From: Pseudonocardiaceae bacterium
Lineage (GTDB): Bacteria; Actinomycetota; Actinomycetes; Mycobacteriales; Pseudonocardiaceae
Direction: 5' to 3'
Assembly (NCBI GenBank): GCA_009377865.1
Contig: WHTH01000017.1
Location: 248-64,247 of the forward strand
Length of the DNA: 64,000 nucleotides
Part shown: piece after piece, positions 26,281 to 34,096 of the stretch
Position numbering within the stretch: the stretch's first letter is position 1
How the letters are laid out: every line of letters starts with the position of its first letter
The notes under the pieces: generated by a model
The model's database searches: none
The model's input: only the letters and a program-made list of their open reading frames with translations
What the model was told of the DNA's origin: nothing
Program-made: the position numbers and the translations under genes

Positions 26281-27429
26281 ATGGCCAGGCGGCACATGAG
26301 TGACATCGCAGGCAAGCTCTTCCCCAGTTCGTTCGTCGGCTCCTATCCGCGGCCGACGTGGTTCACTTATAACCTCGGCGGCAGGGACATCTTGCAGGCT
26401 TTCCGCGACGAGGACTTCGCACAAGCGTACAAGGACGGCACCCGTGCGATGATCGGGGATCAGGAAGAGGCGGGTATTGATGTCATCGCCGACGGCCATC
26501 TCTGGTATGACCGGCATCAGGGCTTCATCGCCTCATTTCTGCTCTACAATCTCGAGCGGATGCAGGGTATCGAGATCCAGCCCCAGGAGACGGCGAGCAA
26601 GCTCTTCGCCAGCGAGACGGCGGTTTCCGGAACCGACTTCTCGCAGACGATGGAGACGTCCTCTCTCGACGAGGTGATGGAAGCGATCAGTGGCGCCACG
26701 TTCAGCGTCACCCGAAAGGTCGGCCGGGGGCCGATGAGGCACGCGATGAACTGGTCCCTGGCCCAGCGGTGCACGACCAAGCCGGTGAAAGCGTTCTTCG
26801 CGATGGGACCGGTTGAGCTGTCGGCGACTGTGGTCGACATGCACTACAAGGATCGCAAGGCCTTGCTGCGCGACATGGCCGACATTTATCACGAGGAGAT
26901 GCTGGCCGCGGTCGCGGCCGGCGCGCGGATCGTGGAACTCGACGACCTCATTTTCCTGGCGCCCCCGGACGAATGGGAATTCGACATCGAGATCCTGAAC
27001 CGGGTCTTCGACGGCATCGACGCATACAAGATCTGGCACTGTTGCCACGGTGGCACCCCCGCGCCTGTCGGCATCGCACCATACAAAGCGATGTTCCCCT
27101 ACGCCAAGGAGCTGCAGGTCGACAGCTTCGACTGGAGCTTTGCGCAGACCGGGTTCCCCGAGGACGAACTGGCACTGTTTGCCACCCCCGGGTTCGACAA
27201 AGACCTCGGACTCGGGGTAATCAGCAACAAAAACTACCTCATCGAAACCCCTGAAGAAGTAGCCGAAGGAATTCGCAAAGCGGCGAAGCATGTTGATCCG
27301 GCACGAATCCACCTCACTTCGGACTGCGGCCTGTTCGCCTATTCGCGCAGCCTGGCGAAGGCCAAGCTCAGCTCCATGGTCAAGGGCGCGGCGATCGCGC
27401 GCGGTGAGCTGACCGCCGCCGCGTCCTGA
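26281..27429 (+). CDS. Cobalamin-independent methionine synthase C-terminal-domain-like (MetE-like/UROD superfamily) Zn alkyltransferase, paralog A
   Basis: Trimmed to the ATG at 26281 (RBS GGGGAAAAGG). The N-terminus reads SFVGSYPRPTWF. HxC-type Zn motif is IWHCCHGG, and the C-terminal Cys motif is TSDCGL. Confidence 0.75.
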   Translation: MARRHMSDIAGKLFPSSFVGSYPRPTWFTYNLGGRDILQAFRDEDFAQAYKDGTRAMIGDQEEAGIDVIADGHLWYDRHQGFIASFLLYNLERMQGIEIQPQETASKLFASETAVSGTDFSQTMETSSLDEVMEAISGATFSVTRKVGRGPMRHAMNWSLAQRCTTKPVKAFFAMGPVELSATVVDMHYKDRKALLRDMADIYHEEMLAAVAAGARIVELDDLIFLAPPDEWEFDIEILNRVFDGIDAYKIWHCCHGGTPAPVGIAPYKAMFPYAKELQVDSFDWSFAQTGFPEDELALFATPGFDKDLGLGVISNKNYLIETPEEVAEGIRKAAKHVDPARIHLTSDCGLFAYSRSLAKAKLSSMVKGAAIARGELTAAAS

Positions 27430-27523
27430 CCACCGCCGCTTTCGTGGCACGCCGCCCGCTAGGCATGGGCTCTGGGCGGGGGCCTCGGAGATACCACACA
27501 TCCACCGCCCGAGGAGGCTTGAC

Positions 27524-28675
27524 ATGAAGATCAGTACCGAGCGGATTCTCACGTCCCACACCGGCAGCCTGCCCCGTCCAGGAGATCTGGATCAAATGCT
27601 GTTCGACCGTGACCAGGGCAACGACGTCGGCGGGTTGGACCAGCGTGTCCGGGAGGTGGTGGCCGACATCGTGGCCGCCCAGGTCGACGCCGGGGTCGAT
27701 GTGCTCAACGACGGTGAGGTCGGCAAGATCGGCTACTCCACCTACGTCAAGGAGCGACTCACCGGCTTCGAGGGTGAGGGCGCGGCGATCGTGTCCAAAG
27801 AGATGATCGAGTATCCAGGCACGATAAAGCATCTTGCCGATAGCCCGGCCTTCCAGAACATGAGGCTGCCCGCGTGCAACGGGCCGGTGTCGTTGCGTGA
27901 TCCGGACGCCGTGCACCGCGACATCGACAACCTGCAGGCCGCGGTGGCCGGCATCAGCCCGCAGGACAGCCCGCAGGACGTGTTCCTCAGTGCGGCCTCG
28001 CCCGGGGTCATCGCGACCTTCCTGCCGAACCAGCACTACGGCTCACAGGAGGAGTACCTGTTTGCGCTGGCCGACGCCATGAAGCCCGAGTACGACGCCA
28101 TCGCCGGCTCGGGCATCGTTTTGCAGCTGGACTGCCCGGATCTCGCGATGACCCGGGTGATGGGAGCCAACGCCGAGCTGACCGACGACGAGTTCAGTGA
28201 CCAGATTCGGATGCACGTCCGGGTGCTCAACCACGCCGTGCGGGACATCGCGCCGGAGAACATGCGGTTGCACCTGTGCTGGGGAAACGCCGCGTTCCCG
28301 CACATCTACGACCCGGAGATGAAAGATGTCATCGACGTCGTGCTGTCCGCCCGGCCCGCGGCGATCTCGTTCGAGGCTGCCAACGCGCGCCACGAGCACG
28401 AATGGAACGTCTGGGAGGATGTGAAGCTGCCCGACGGCAAGGTCCTCATCCCCGGTGTGCTGGACTCCTGCACCAACTACGTGGAACACCCGGAGCTGGT
28501 CGCGCAGCGACTCGTCCGGCTCGCCAAGCTGGTCGGCCGGGAGAACGTCATCGCCGGCTCGGACTGCGGCTTCGGCACCTTCGCTGGGCTGTACACCGTC
28601 GACCCCCCGGTCACGTGGCTCAAGCTCAAGGCCATGGCCGACGGAGCGAGACTCGCGTCCGACCAACTCTGGTGA
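27524..28675 (+). CDS. MetE-like (cobalamin-independent methionine synthase II family) protein, paralog B
   Basis: Contains LTSHTGSLPRPGDL, the HxC motif RLHLCWGN and the C-terminal motif GSDCGFG. Confidence 0.8.
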   Translation: MKISTERILTSHTGSLPRPGDLDQMLFDRDQGNDVGGLDQRVREVVADIVAAQVDAGVDVLNDGEVGKIGYSTYVKERLTGFEGEGAAIVSKEMIEYPGTIKHLADSPAFQNMRLPACNGPVSLRDPDAVHRDIDNLQAAVAGISPQDSPQDVFLSAASPGVIATFLPNQHYGSQEEYLFALADAMKPEYDAIAGSGIVLQLDCPDLAMTRVMGANAELTDDEFSDQIRMHVRVLNHAVRDIAPENMRLHLCWGNAAFPHIYDPEMKDVIDVVLSARPAAISFEAANARHEHEWNVWEDVKLPDGKVLIPGVLDSCTNYVEHPELVAQRLVRLAKLVGRENVIAGSDCGFGTFAGLYTVDPPVTWLKLKAMADGARLASDQLW

Positions 28676-28708
28676 GGGAGGAGCGGCCAGGCAGCGGAAA
28701 GGGGCACC

Positions 28709-28751
28709 CCCAACGATCTGGCCTGAGCCCCTCGCTGCGGCGATCGTTGGG
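28709..28751 (+). terminator. Possible terminator hairpin after MetE-like paralog B
   Basis: CCCAACGAUC (28709-28718) pairs with GAUCGUUGGG (28742-28751), giving a 10-bp stem with a 23-nt loop. Confidence 0.3.
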
Positions 28752-28762
28752 AGGACCCCTTC

Positions 28763-29225
28763 GTGCCCGATGCGCGGCGTCGGCAATCCCTCGTCATCGG
28801 CATCCTGGCCACCTGCGGCATCTCCGTGGCGCTGACCCAGACCCTGATCATCCCGCTCCTGCCGATCTTTCCTCGTGAGCTGAACACGTCGGTCGGGAAC
28901 GCCTCATGGCTGGTTACCTCGTCGCTGGTCGCCGGTGCCGTCGGCGCCCCGGTTTTCGGGCGCCTCGGCGACATGCACGGCAAGCGCCAGTGGTTGCTGG
29001 TGGCGATCGGTCTGATGGCCGCGGGATCGGCGCTGGGAGCGTTGGCACCGGAGTTCACGGTCCTGGTGGTCGCCAGGGTGCTGCAAGGAGCAGCGCTGGG
29101 CGCCCTGCCGCTGGGTATCAGCCTGATGCGCGACGAGCTGCCGGAAGATCGCGTTGATTCCGGTGTCGCGCTGATGAGCGCGACGCTCGGCATCGGCGCA
29201 GCAGCAGGGCTGTCGTCGGTCGGTT
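28763..29225 (+). pseudogene. MFS transporter, N-terminal ~150 aa only (3' truncated by mobile-element debris)
   Basis: Contains LIIPLLPIFPRELN..., the MFS motif A GRLGDMHGKRQWLL, and ...VLVVARVLQGAALGALPLG.... The hydrophobic reading frame dissolves at about 29215-29225, where a minus-strand integrase fragment begins. Confidence 0.7.
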
Positions 29226-29470
29226 GCTGTTGTCGAGACGGCGTAGGTGCTTGTCGAGGCTGTCGATGACTCGCTCGTGGCGGGCGATCTCGGAGGTCCA
29301 GCCGCGGTCGGCGGCGTCGTCGCGGAGTTCGCGGACGTCGGCGATCTGCGCGGCGAGGGCGGGTAGGAACTCGGCTGCGGGCAGGAAGTTTCTCGCAGGT
29401 CTCGCAGATGTTGGCGTAGGGGCAGGCTTCGGCGGCGAGCTCGCGGGCGCAGTACCCGTGCGCGACGCGG
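29222..29470 (-). pseudogene. Tyrosine recombinase/integrase, C-terminal fragment (frameshifted)
   Basis: The minus-strand frames give ...GYCARELAAEACPYANICETCEK and FLPAAEFLPALAAQIADVRELRDDAADRGWTSEIARHERVIDSLDKHLRRL. This is the characteristic C-terminal tail of actinobacterial Tn-type integrases, assigned from memory. Confidence 0.5.
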
Positions 29471-29476
29471 GCCGGC

Positions 29477-29725
29477 TGGCTGTCCTGGGCGCGCCGCTCC
29501 CGGCTCCCGGAGTTCGTCGCTCTGGCCAAGACCATCACCCGGTTCCTGCCATTGATCCACAACACCCTCGACCACGGCCTGGGCAACGCCCTGTCCGAGG
29601 CGACCAACACCCACATCCGGCTGCTGTCCCGCCGCGCCTACGGCTACCACAGCCCCGACGCGCTCATCGCCATGGCCGACCTCACCCGAGGCGGCCTCTG
29701 CCCACCACTCCCCGGACGATCATGA
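29477..29725 (+). pseudogene. ISL3-family transposase, C-terminal fragment
   Basis: WLSWARRSRLPEFVALAKTITRFLPLIHNTLDHGLGNALSEATNTHIRLLSRRAYGYHSPDALIAMADLTRGGLCPPLPGRS*. It matches the ISL3 C-terminal pattern (...SNG.LEG.N.KI..I.R...G....). Nothing upstream belongs to the same protein. Confidence 0.65.
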
Positions 29726-30262
29726 AACCCAACCCACGGAAACAACAGGAGGCCCAGACTTAGTGCATGGACGGAGAGCCCTTCGACGAGAGCCCGTCGA
29801 GCCGCCCGGAGTGGTTGCTCGACCGGGAGCTGGACATCGCCGCCGAAGTCTACCGACCCGAGCCCATCGGCCCGCACACACCGCTGGAGGAGCTCAGCGA
29901 CGCAGAGCTGCTGGAGCGTTTCAGGAGCGTGAACGGTTTTGACCTCCGTTTCGAGTAGCGGCGCAGCGGCGAGGTCTCGGACCGCTTCCCGAGCTGGTGT
30001 TCAACCAGCCATGCCCGCAGCGCTGAAGCACGCCGCCTACCTCCAACACGACGGCGCTCGCCGCGCACGAACAGGGGCGTCCAGCCGCCATCAGTGGTGT
30101 AGACCACGGGGACTCTCCTGGCGACAAGCGGCCCGAGTGGCACACCACGTTGGTTCTGCACTCGGGAGCCGCCGCCGATCTCGCCGAGCCTGCGCAGCCC
30201 TTGGAGCAACGAGCGTTCTCGACGGCGCGTAGCATCTGGCGCTGTCCGCGCCGGACGCTATT

Positions 30263-30607
30263 GTGGCCGCCATGACCGCGGCTGAGCATCGCCACCCGAT
30301 TCCGGCCATCCCCCCACTGCCGGAGGGGGCTGGCCCGCGCGCGATCCGCGCCGCGCTGATCGCGGAGGAGCGGGAGGAGTTCGACCAGGCGTACCGGCGG
30401 GCGCTGGACGAGGCGGCCGACACGTTGGAGCTGGCGGTCGTGCTGGACACGCTGGAGCACTGGCGGCGCCGCGCGATCATCTCCGCCGACCCGCAGGAGT
30501 ACCGGCGGATGCTGCGCCGCGCGGCGCAGCTGCTGTCCGGTGACGACGTGCCGGAGGATGAGCCGCTCGCGCGGCTCAAGGAACGGCTTGCCCGGCTGGG
30601 CGTGTAG
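30263..30607 (+). CDS. DUF6247-like small helical protein (candidate antitoxin)
   Basis: 114 aa, acidic and helical: ...IRAALIAEEREEFDQAYRRALDEAADTLELAVVLDTLEHWRRRAI.... Its stop abuts the next start. Family assignment is from memory. Confidence 0.45.
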   Translation: MAAMTAAEHRHPIPAIPPLPEGAGPRAIRAALIAEEREEFDQAYRRALDEAADTLELAVVLDTLEHWRRRAIISADPQEYRRMLRRAAQLLSGDDVPEDEPLARLKERLARLGV

Positions 30608-30856
30608 GTGTACCGGGTTGTCGACGATGACCAGGTGCAGGAACAGGTCGCCGCGTTGCCGGCCGAGGCCTTGTCCGGCTACGCCGAGGCGCGGACGCTG
30701 CTGGAGGTTGCCCCGTGGTCTGGCAGCCCGTACCGCACGGAGAAACCGGACGGGTCGATGCGCACGCTCGCCGTCGGAAACTCCGGAGCGCTCGTGTACC
30801 TGAGCTTGGAGCAGGAACGGGTGGTCCACGTGCTGCTCGTGCAGTGGATCGGCTGA
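30608..30856 (+). CDS. Small RelE/ParE-sized protein (candidate toxin partner)
   Basis: 82 aa. The GTG at 30608 lies immediately after the upstream TAG (30605-30607). The sequence reads MYRVVDDDQVQEQVAALPAEALSGYAEARTLLEVAPWSG...VVHVLLVQWIG. Confidence 0.4.
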   Translation: MYRVVDDDQVQEQVAALPAEALSGYAEARTLLEVAPWSGSPYRTEKPDGSMRTLAVGNSGALVYLSLEQERVVHVLLVQWIG

Positions 30857-31289
30857 TCGCGGATTTTTCTCTGCGGCTCCACGGTGTGCCGAGTTGGCGA
30901 GCTCGTCGGCATCATAGGGAGGGAGGATCTTCCGTGAGGAGACCTCGCATCGCGGCGAGCGCCTACACGTGTTCGCGCTGCACCTCAGGCAGGAGATCGA
31001 ACTGACGCGGCGCCCTCCGGTGGCGGCCTCGACGAGCGTGGCGGTGAGCGATTGTTTGGTGGCGATCGTCTCTGCGGTGTCGCCGTTGCCGACCGCCAGG
31101 GTGAGCAGCTCGGCAGACCCGGGGTTTGCCCCGACCCAGACACACGTCGTGGGGCCGGAGAACACCGATATCCGCTGGACGAATCCTGCTGAGGTGGCCA
31201 TTGTTGTAGGCTCCCGTCCTATACCGGGTCGATCCGGACAGCGGCGATGATCGAGTCCGTGTCGGCGTGCGGTGGGCCCCGCTTCCGCG

Positions 31290-31386
31290 CGCTTTGCTTT
31301 GAGTCGCCCCGTGCATCAAACGCAGCTCACCACGCCAGACCATCAACCCCGGTCTGTTGATGCGCGGGGCGACTCAAAGCAAAGCG
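31290..31386. repeat. Long inverted repeat / hairpin with 30-bp arms and a 37-nt spacer
   Basis: The left arm 31290-31319 (cgctttgctttgagtcgccccgtgcatcaa) is the reverse complement of 31357-31386, apart from one position that still allows a G-U pair. The spacer holds a nested cagacc...ggtctg hairpin. Confidence 0.85.
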
Positions 31387-31498
31387 TCGGAGAGAAGTAG
31401 CCCGAACTCCATAGAACCACGGAGAGTGACCGAGAACCTCGTCCAATGCCTACGAGCGGTCGCTTGGCGTATCCGCAGCAGGGGCGAGCCGATCCGCG

Positions 31499-31861
31499 TC
31501 AGCGGCGAAGGCCGCGGCGGAGCACGTCGGCCAGCACTGGCCCGTTGCTGTGCTCCACGTGGCGGGCACCGACCACAAGAGTGAGCTGCCCCTCCCGGGC
31601 ACGCCGACGCAGCGCCGACAGCGCGTCACGCTGCCCGCGCAGCTCGTCGGCGTAGCGGCGCGCGAACTCGCCGAAGCGTTCGGGATCGTGACCGAACCAG
31701 CGGCGCAGCTCGTCGCTAGGAGCCAGCTCGCGCGCCCACTCGCCGAGCCGTGCAGTGTCCTTGGACACACCGCGCGGCCACATCCGGTCGACGAGCACCC
31801 GATAACCGTCGCATCGCTCCACCCCCTCGCGGGCCCGCTTGACCTGCACCTGCACGGTCAC
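31499..31861 (-). CDS. DUF488 (YeaO-like) family protein
   Basis: Contains VQVKRAREGVERCDGYRVLVDRMWPRGVSKDTARLGEWARELAPSDELRRWFGHDPERFGEF. The start was set at the GTG at 31861, after GAGG. The ORF track extends to 31978. Confidence 0.7.
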   Translation of the reverse strand: MTVQVQVKRAREGVERCDGYRVLVDRMWPRGVSKDTARLGEWARELAPSDELRRWFGHDPERFGEFARRYADELRGQRDALSALRRRAREGQLTLVVGARHVEHSNGPVLADVLRRGLRR

Positions 31862-32034
31862 AATCACCTCGATCCATCGAGTATCGCGGCCCAACCTGCC
31901 TCCGAGCCGGGCAACGGGTACCCGGAACGGCGAGCACGACACGTAGTCCAGGGCCGCGGCGTCCCGCGTAAACTGCACAGTCGGGTCCCCGGCGCGTCAC
32001 GAGGAGCGCCACGAGGTCGAGCGCCAGGAGGATC

Positions 32035-32730
32035 GTGCCCAGCAGCGCCGCCCCGTCCGGGTCAGGTACGGCCGCATCCCATGACCGCCGGAGCCGACTC
32101 CACCGGCCGCTGATCGCGCTCCTCGCGCTGGCGTTGCTCGCTGTGGCTGCGCTGGTCCTGCCCGTGCCGACCCCGTCCGAGATGCGCTCCTGGGCAGTCA
32201 CGGCCGGGCCGGCCGGGATCCTGCTCTTCGTACTGGCCAATGGGCTCATCACGGTCGCTCCGATCCCGCGAACCGTGTTCACCCTCGCCGCCGGTCTGCT
32301 GTTCGGGCCGGTCGGCGGCGTCGGTGTGGCACTCGCGGCGACGACGATCAGCGCCATGCTGGCGTTCGGGCTGATCCGGGCGCTCGGCCGGGACCTGGTC
32401 GCGCCGCTGCTCGACCGAGGCACGCTGCGCAGCATCGACGGGCGGTTGCGCCGCCGGGGCTGGCTCGCGGTCGCCTCGCTGCGGCTGATCCCGGTGGTGC
32501 CCTTCTCGATTCTCAACTACTGCAGCGCGCTGTCGGCCATCCGGTGGCGGCAATTCCTGGCCGGCACCGTCGGAGTGGTGCCCGGCACTATCGCAGTAGT
32601 GCTGCTCGGTGACGCGCTGACCGGCTCGACGTCGCCGACGCTGATCGCGGTCTCGGTACTGTGTGCGGCGGTCGGCGTAGTGGGGCTGTTCGTGGACGCC
32701 CGAACGCGGCTGCCCGCGCTGCCACACTGA
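32035..32730 (+). CDS. TVP38/TMEM64 (DedA-related, SNARE-associated) membrane protein
   Basis: Multi-TM protein. Contains ...PRTVFTLAAGLLFGPVGG... and LRLIPVVPFSILNYCSAL. Confidence 0.7.
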   Translation: MPSSAAPSGSGTAASHDRRSRLHRPLIALLALALLAVAALVLPVPTPSEMRSWAVTAGPAGILLFVLANGLITVAPIPRTVFTLAAGLLFGPVGGVGVALAATTISAMLAFGLIRALGRDLVAPLLDRGTLRSIDGRLRRRGWLAVASLRLIPVVPFSILNYCSALSAIRWRQFLAGTVGVVPGTIAVVLLGDALTGSTSPTLIAVSVLCAAVGVVGLFVDARTRLPALPH

Positions 32731-32735
32731 ACGCG

Positions 32736-33995
32736 TCAGCTCGACACCGCGGCCGCGACGGCCTTGCCCCACAGCGCCACACCCGCGTCGATCTGCTCCG
32801 TGTTCACGACCAGCGGCGGGATCATCCGCACCACGTTGCCGTGGGCGCCGCAGGTCAGCAGCAGCAGCCCGAGGTTGGCGGCCTGCTGCTGGGCGCGCGC
32901 TGCGCTAGCGGTGTCGGGCGTGCCGTCCGGGGCACAGAACTCGTTGGCGATCATCAGCCCGAGGCCACGCACATCGGCGATCACCGGGTGGTCGGCGGCG
33001 ACCTTGCGCAGCCCGTCGGCCAGCCGGCGACCCTGCTCGGCTGCGTTACCGACCAGATCCTCGTCGCGAATCACGTCGAGCGTGGCCAGCGCCGCGGCGC
33101 AGGAGACCGCGTTGCCGCCGTAGGTGCCGCCCTGCGACCCTGGCCAGGCCTTCTCCATGACCGCGGTGGGTGCCGCGATCGCCGACAGCGGAAAGCCGCT
33201 GGCCAACCCCTTCGCCGTGATGAGTACATCGGGCCGTACCCCGGCCGCATGCTCGTGACCCCAGAACCTGCCGGTACGCCCGAACCCGGTCTGCACCTCG
33301 TCGACGACCAGCAGGATGCCGTGCCGGTCGGCCCGCGCGCGCAACGCGGCTAGGAAGGCAGGCGGGGCCGGGACGTAGCCACCCTCCCCCAGCACCGGCT
33401 CGATGAAGATCGCGGCGGTATCGGCGGGTGCGCTGACGGTGGCCAGCAGATAGTCCAGCTCGCGCAGCGCGGACTCGACGGCCTGCTCCTCGCTACAGCC
33501 CTGCCGGAAGGCGTACGGGAACGGTGCGACCGCCACCCCGGGCATCAGCGGGCCGAGCCCGGCCCGGAACTTGGTTCCCGCCGTCGTCAGCGCCGCGGCG
33601 CCCATGGTGCGGCCGTGGAACGAACCGGAGAACACGATGGCGTTCTGCCGACCGGTGGCGTGCCGGGCCAGCCGCAGCGCCGCCTCGACCGCCTCACTGC
33701 CGGAGTTGGCGTAGAACAGCGAGTCCAGGCCCTCCGGCAGGACATCGCCGAGCCGCTCCGTCAGGTTCAGCAGTGGTTCGTGCATCACGGTTGTGTACTG
33801 CCCGTGGATCAGCGTGCCGACCTGCCGCTGGGCCGCCTCGACGACCCGCGGGTGGCAGTGGCCGGTGCTGGTGACGCCGATCCCCGCGGTGAAGTCGAGG
33901 TAGCGCCGGTCCTCGGCGTCGTAGAGGTAGACCCCCTCGCCGCGCGCGGCGAGGACCGGAGTGGCCTGCTTGAGGACCGGGGACAGCTGGGCCAT
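32736..33995 (-). CDS. Class III PLP aminotransferase (GabT-like omega-aminotransferase)
   Basis: Contains DFTAGIGVTSTGHCHP, SGSEAVEAALRLAR, VVDEVQTGFGRTG and ITAKGLASGFP, which carries the PLP lysine. Confidence 0.8.
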   Translation of the reverse strand: MAQLSPVLKQATPVLAARGEGVYLYDAEDRRYLDFTAGIGVTSTGHCHPRVVEAAQRQVGTLIHGQYTTVMHEPLLNLTERLGDVLPEGLDSLFYANSGSEAVEAALRLARHATGRQNAIVFSGSFHGRTMGAAALTTAGTKFRAGLGPLMPGVAVAPFPYAFRQGCSEEQAVESALRELDYLLATVSAPADTAAIFIEPVLGEGGYVPAPPAFLAALRARADRHGILLVVDEVQTGFGRTGRFWGHEHAAGVRPDVLITAKGLASGFPLSAIAAPTAVMEKAWPGSQGGTYGGNAVSCAAALATLDVIRDEDLVGNAAEQGRRLADGLRKVAADHPVIADVRGLGLMIANEFCAPDGTPDTASAARAQQQAANLGLLLLTCGAHGNVVRMIPPLVVNTEQIDAGVALWGKAVAAAVSS

Positions 33996-34036
33996 GACAC
34001 GCTCCCTTGTGACGGGTGCCGCTAGACGCCTGTAAG

Positions 34037-34054
34037 ATTGTCGACAATCCTACA
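34037..34054. promoter_or_regulatory. Candidate GntR/FadR-type operator, copy 1, in the divergent aminotransferase/gabD promoter region
   Basis: The sequence ATTGTCGACAATCCTACA contains the perfect 12-bp palindrome ATTGTC|GACAAT. The identical 18-mer recurs at 37029-37046. Confidence 0.6.
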
Positions 34055-34096
34055 GCGGCACCGGAGGCCCGGCCAACAGGGAAGAGGTCACACCAG

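Noticed and set aside
29921-31201. 426-aa minus-strand ORF spanning the TA-like pair
   Set aside because: Most of it is antisense to the better-supported plus-strand small genes and is Arg-rich. Only the first ~70 codons (about 30990-31201) look protein-like, and I could not assign them, so no feature was called.
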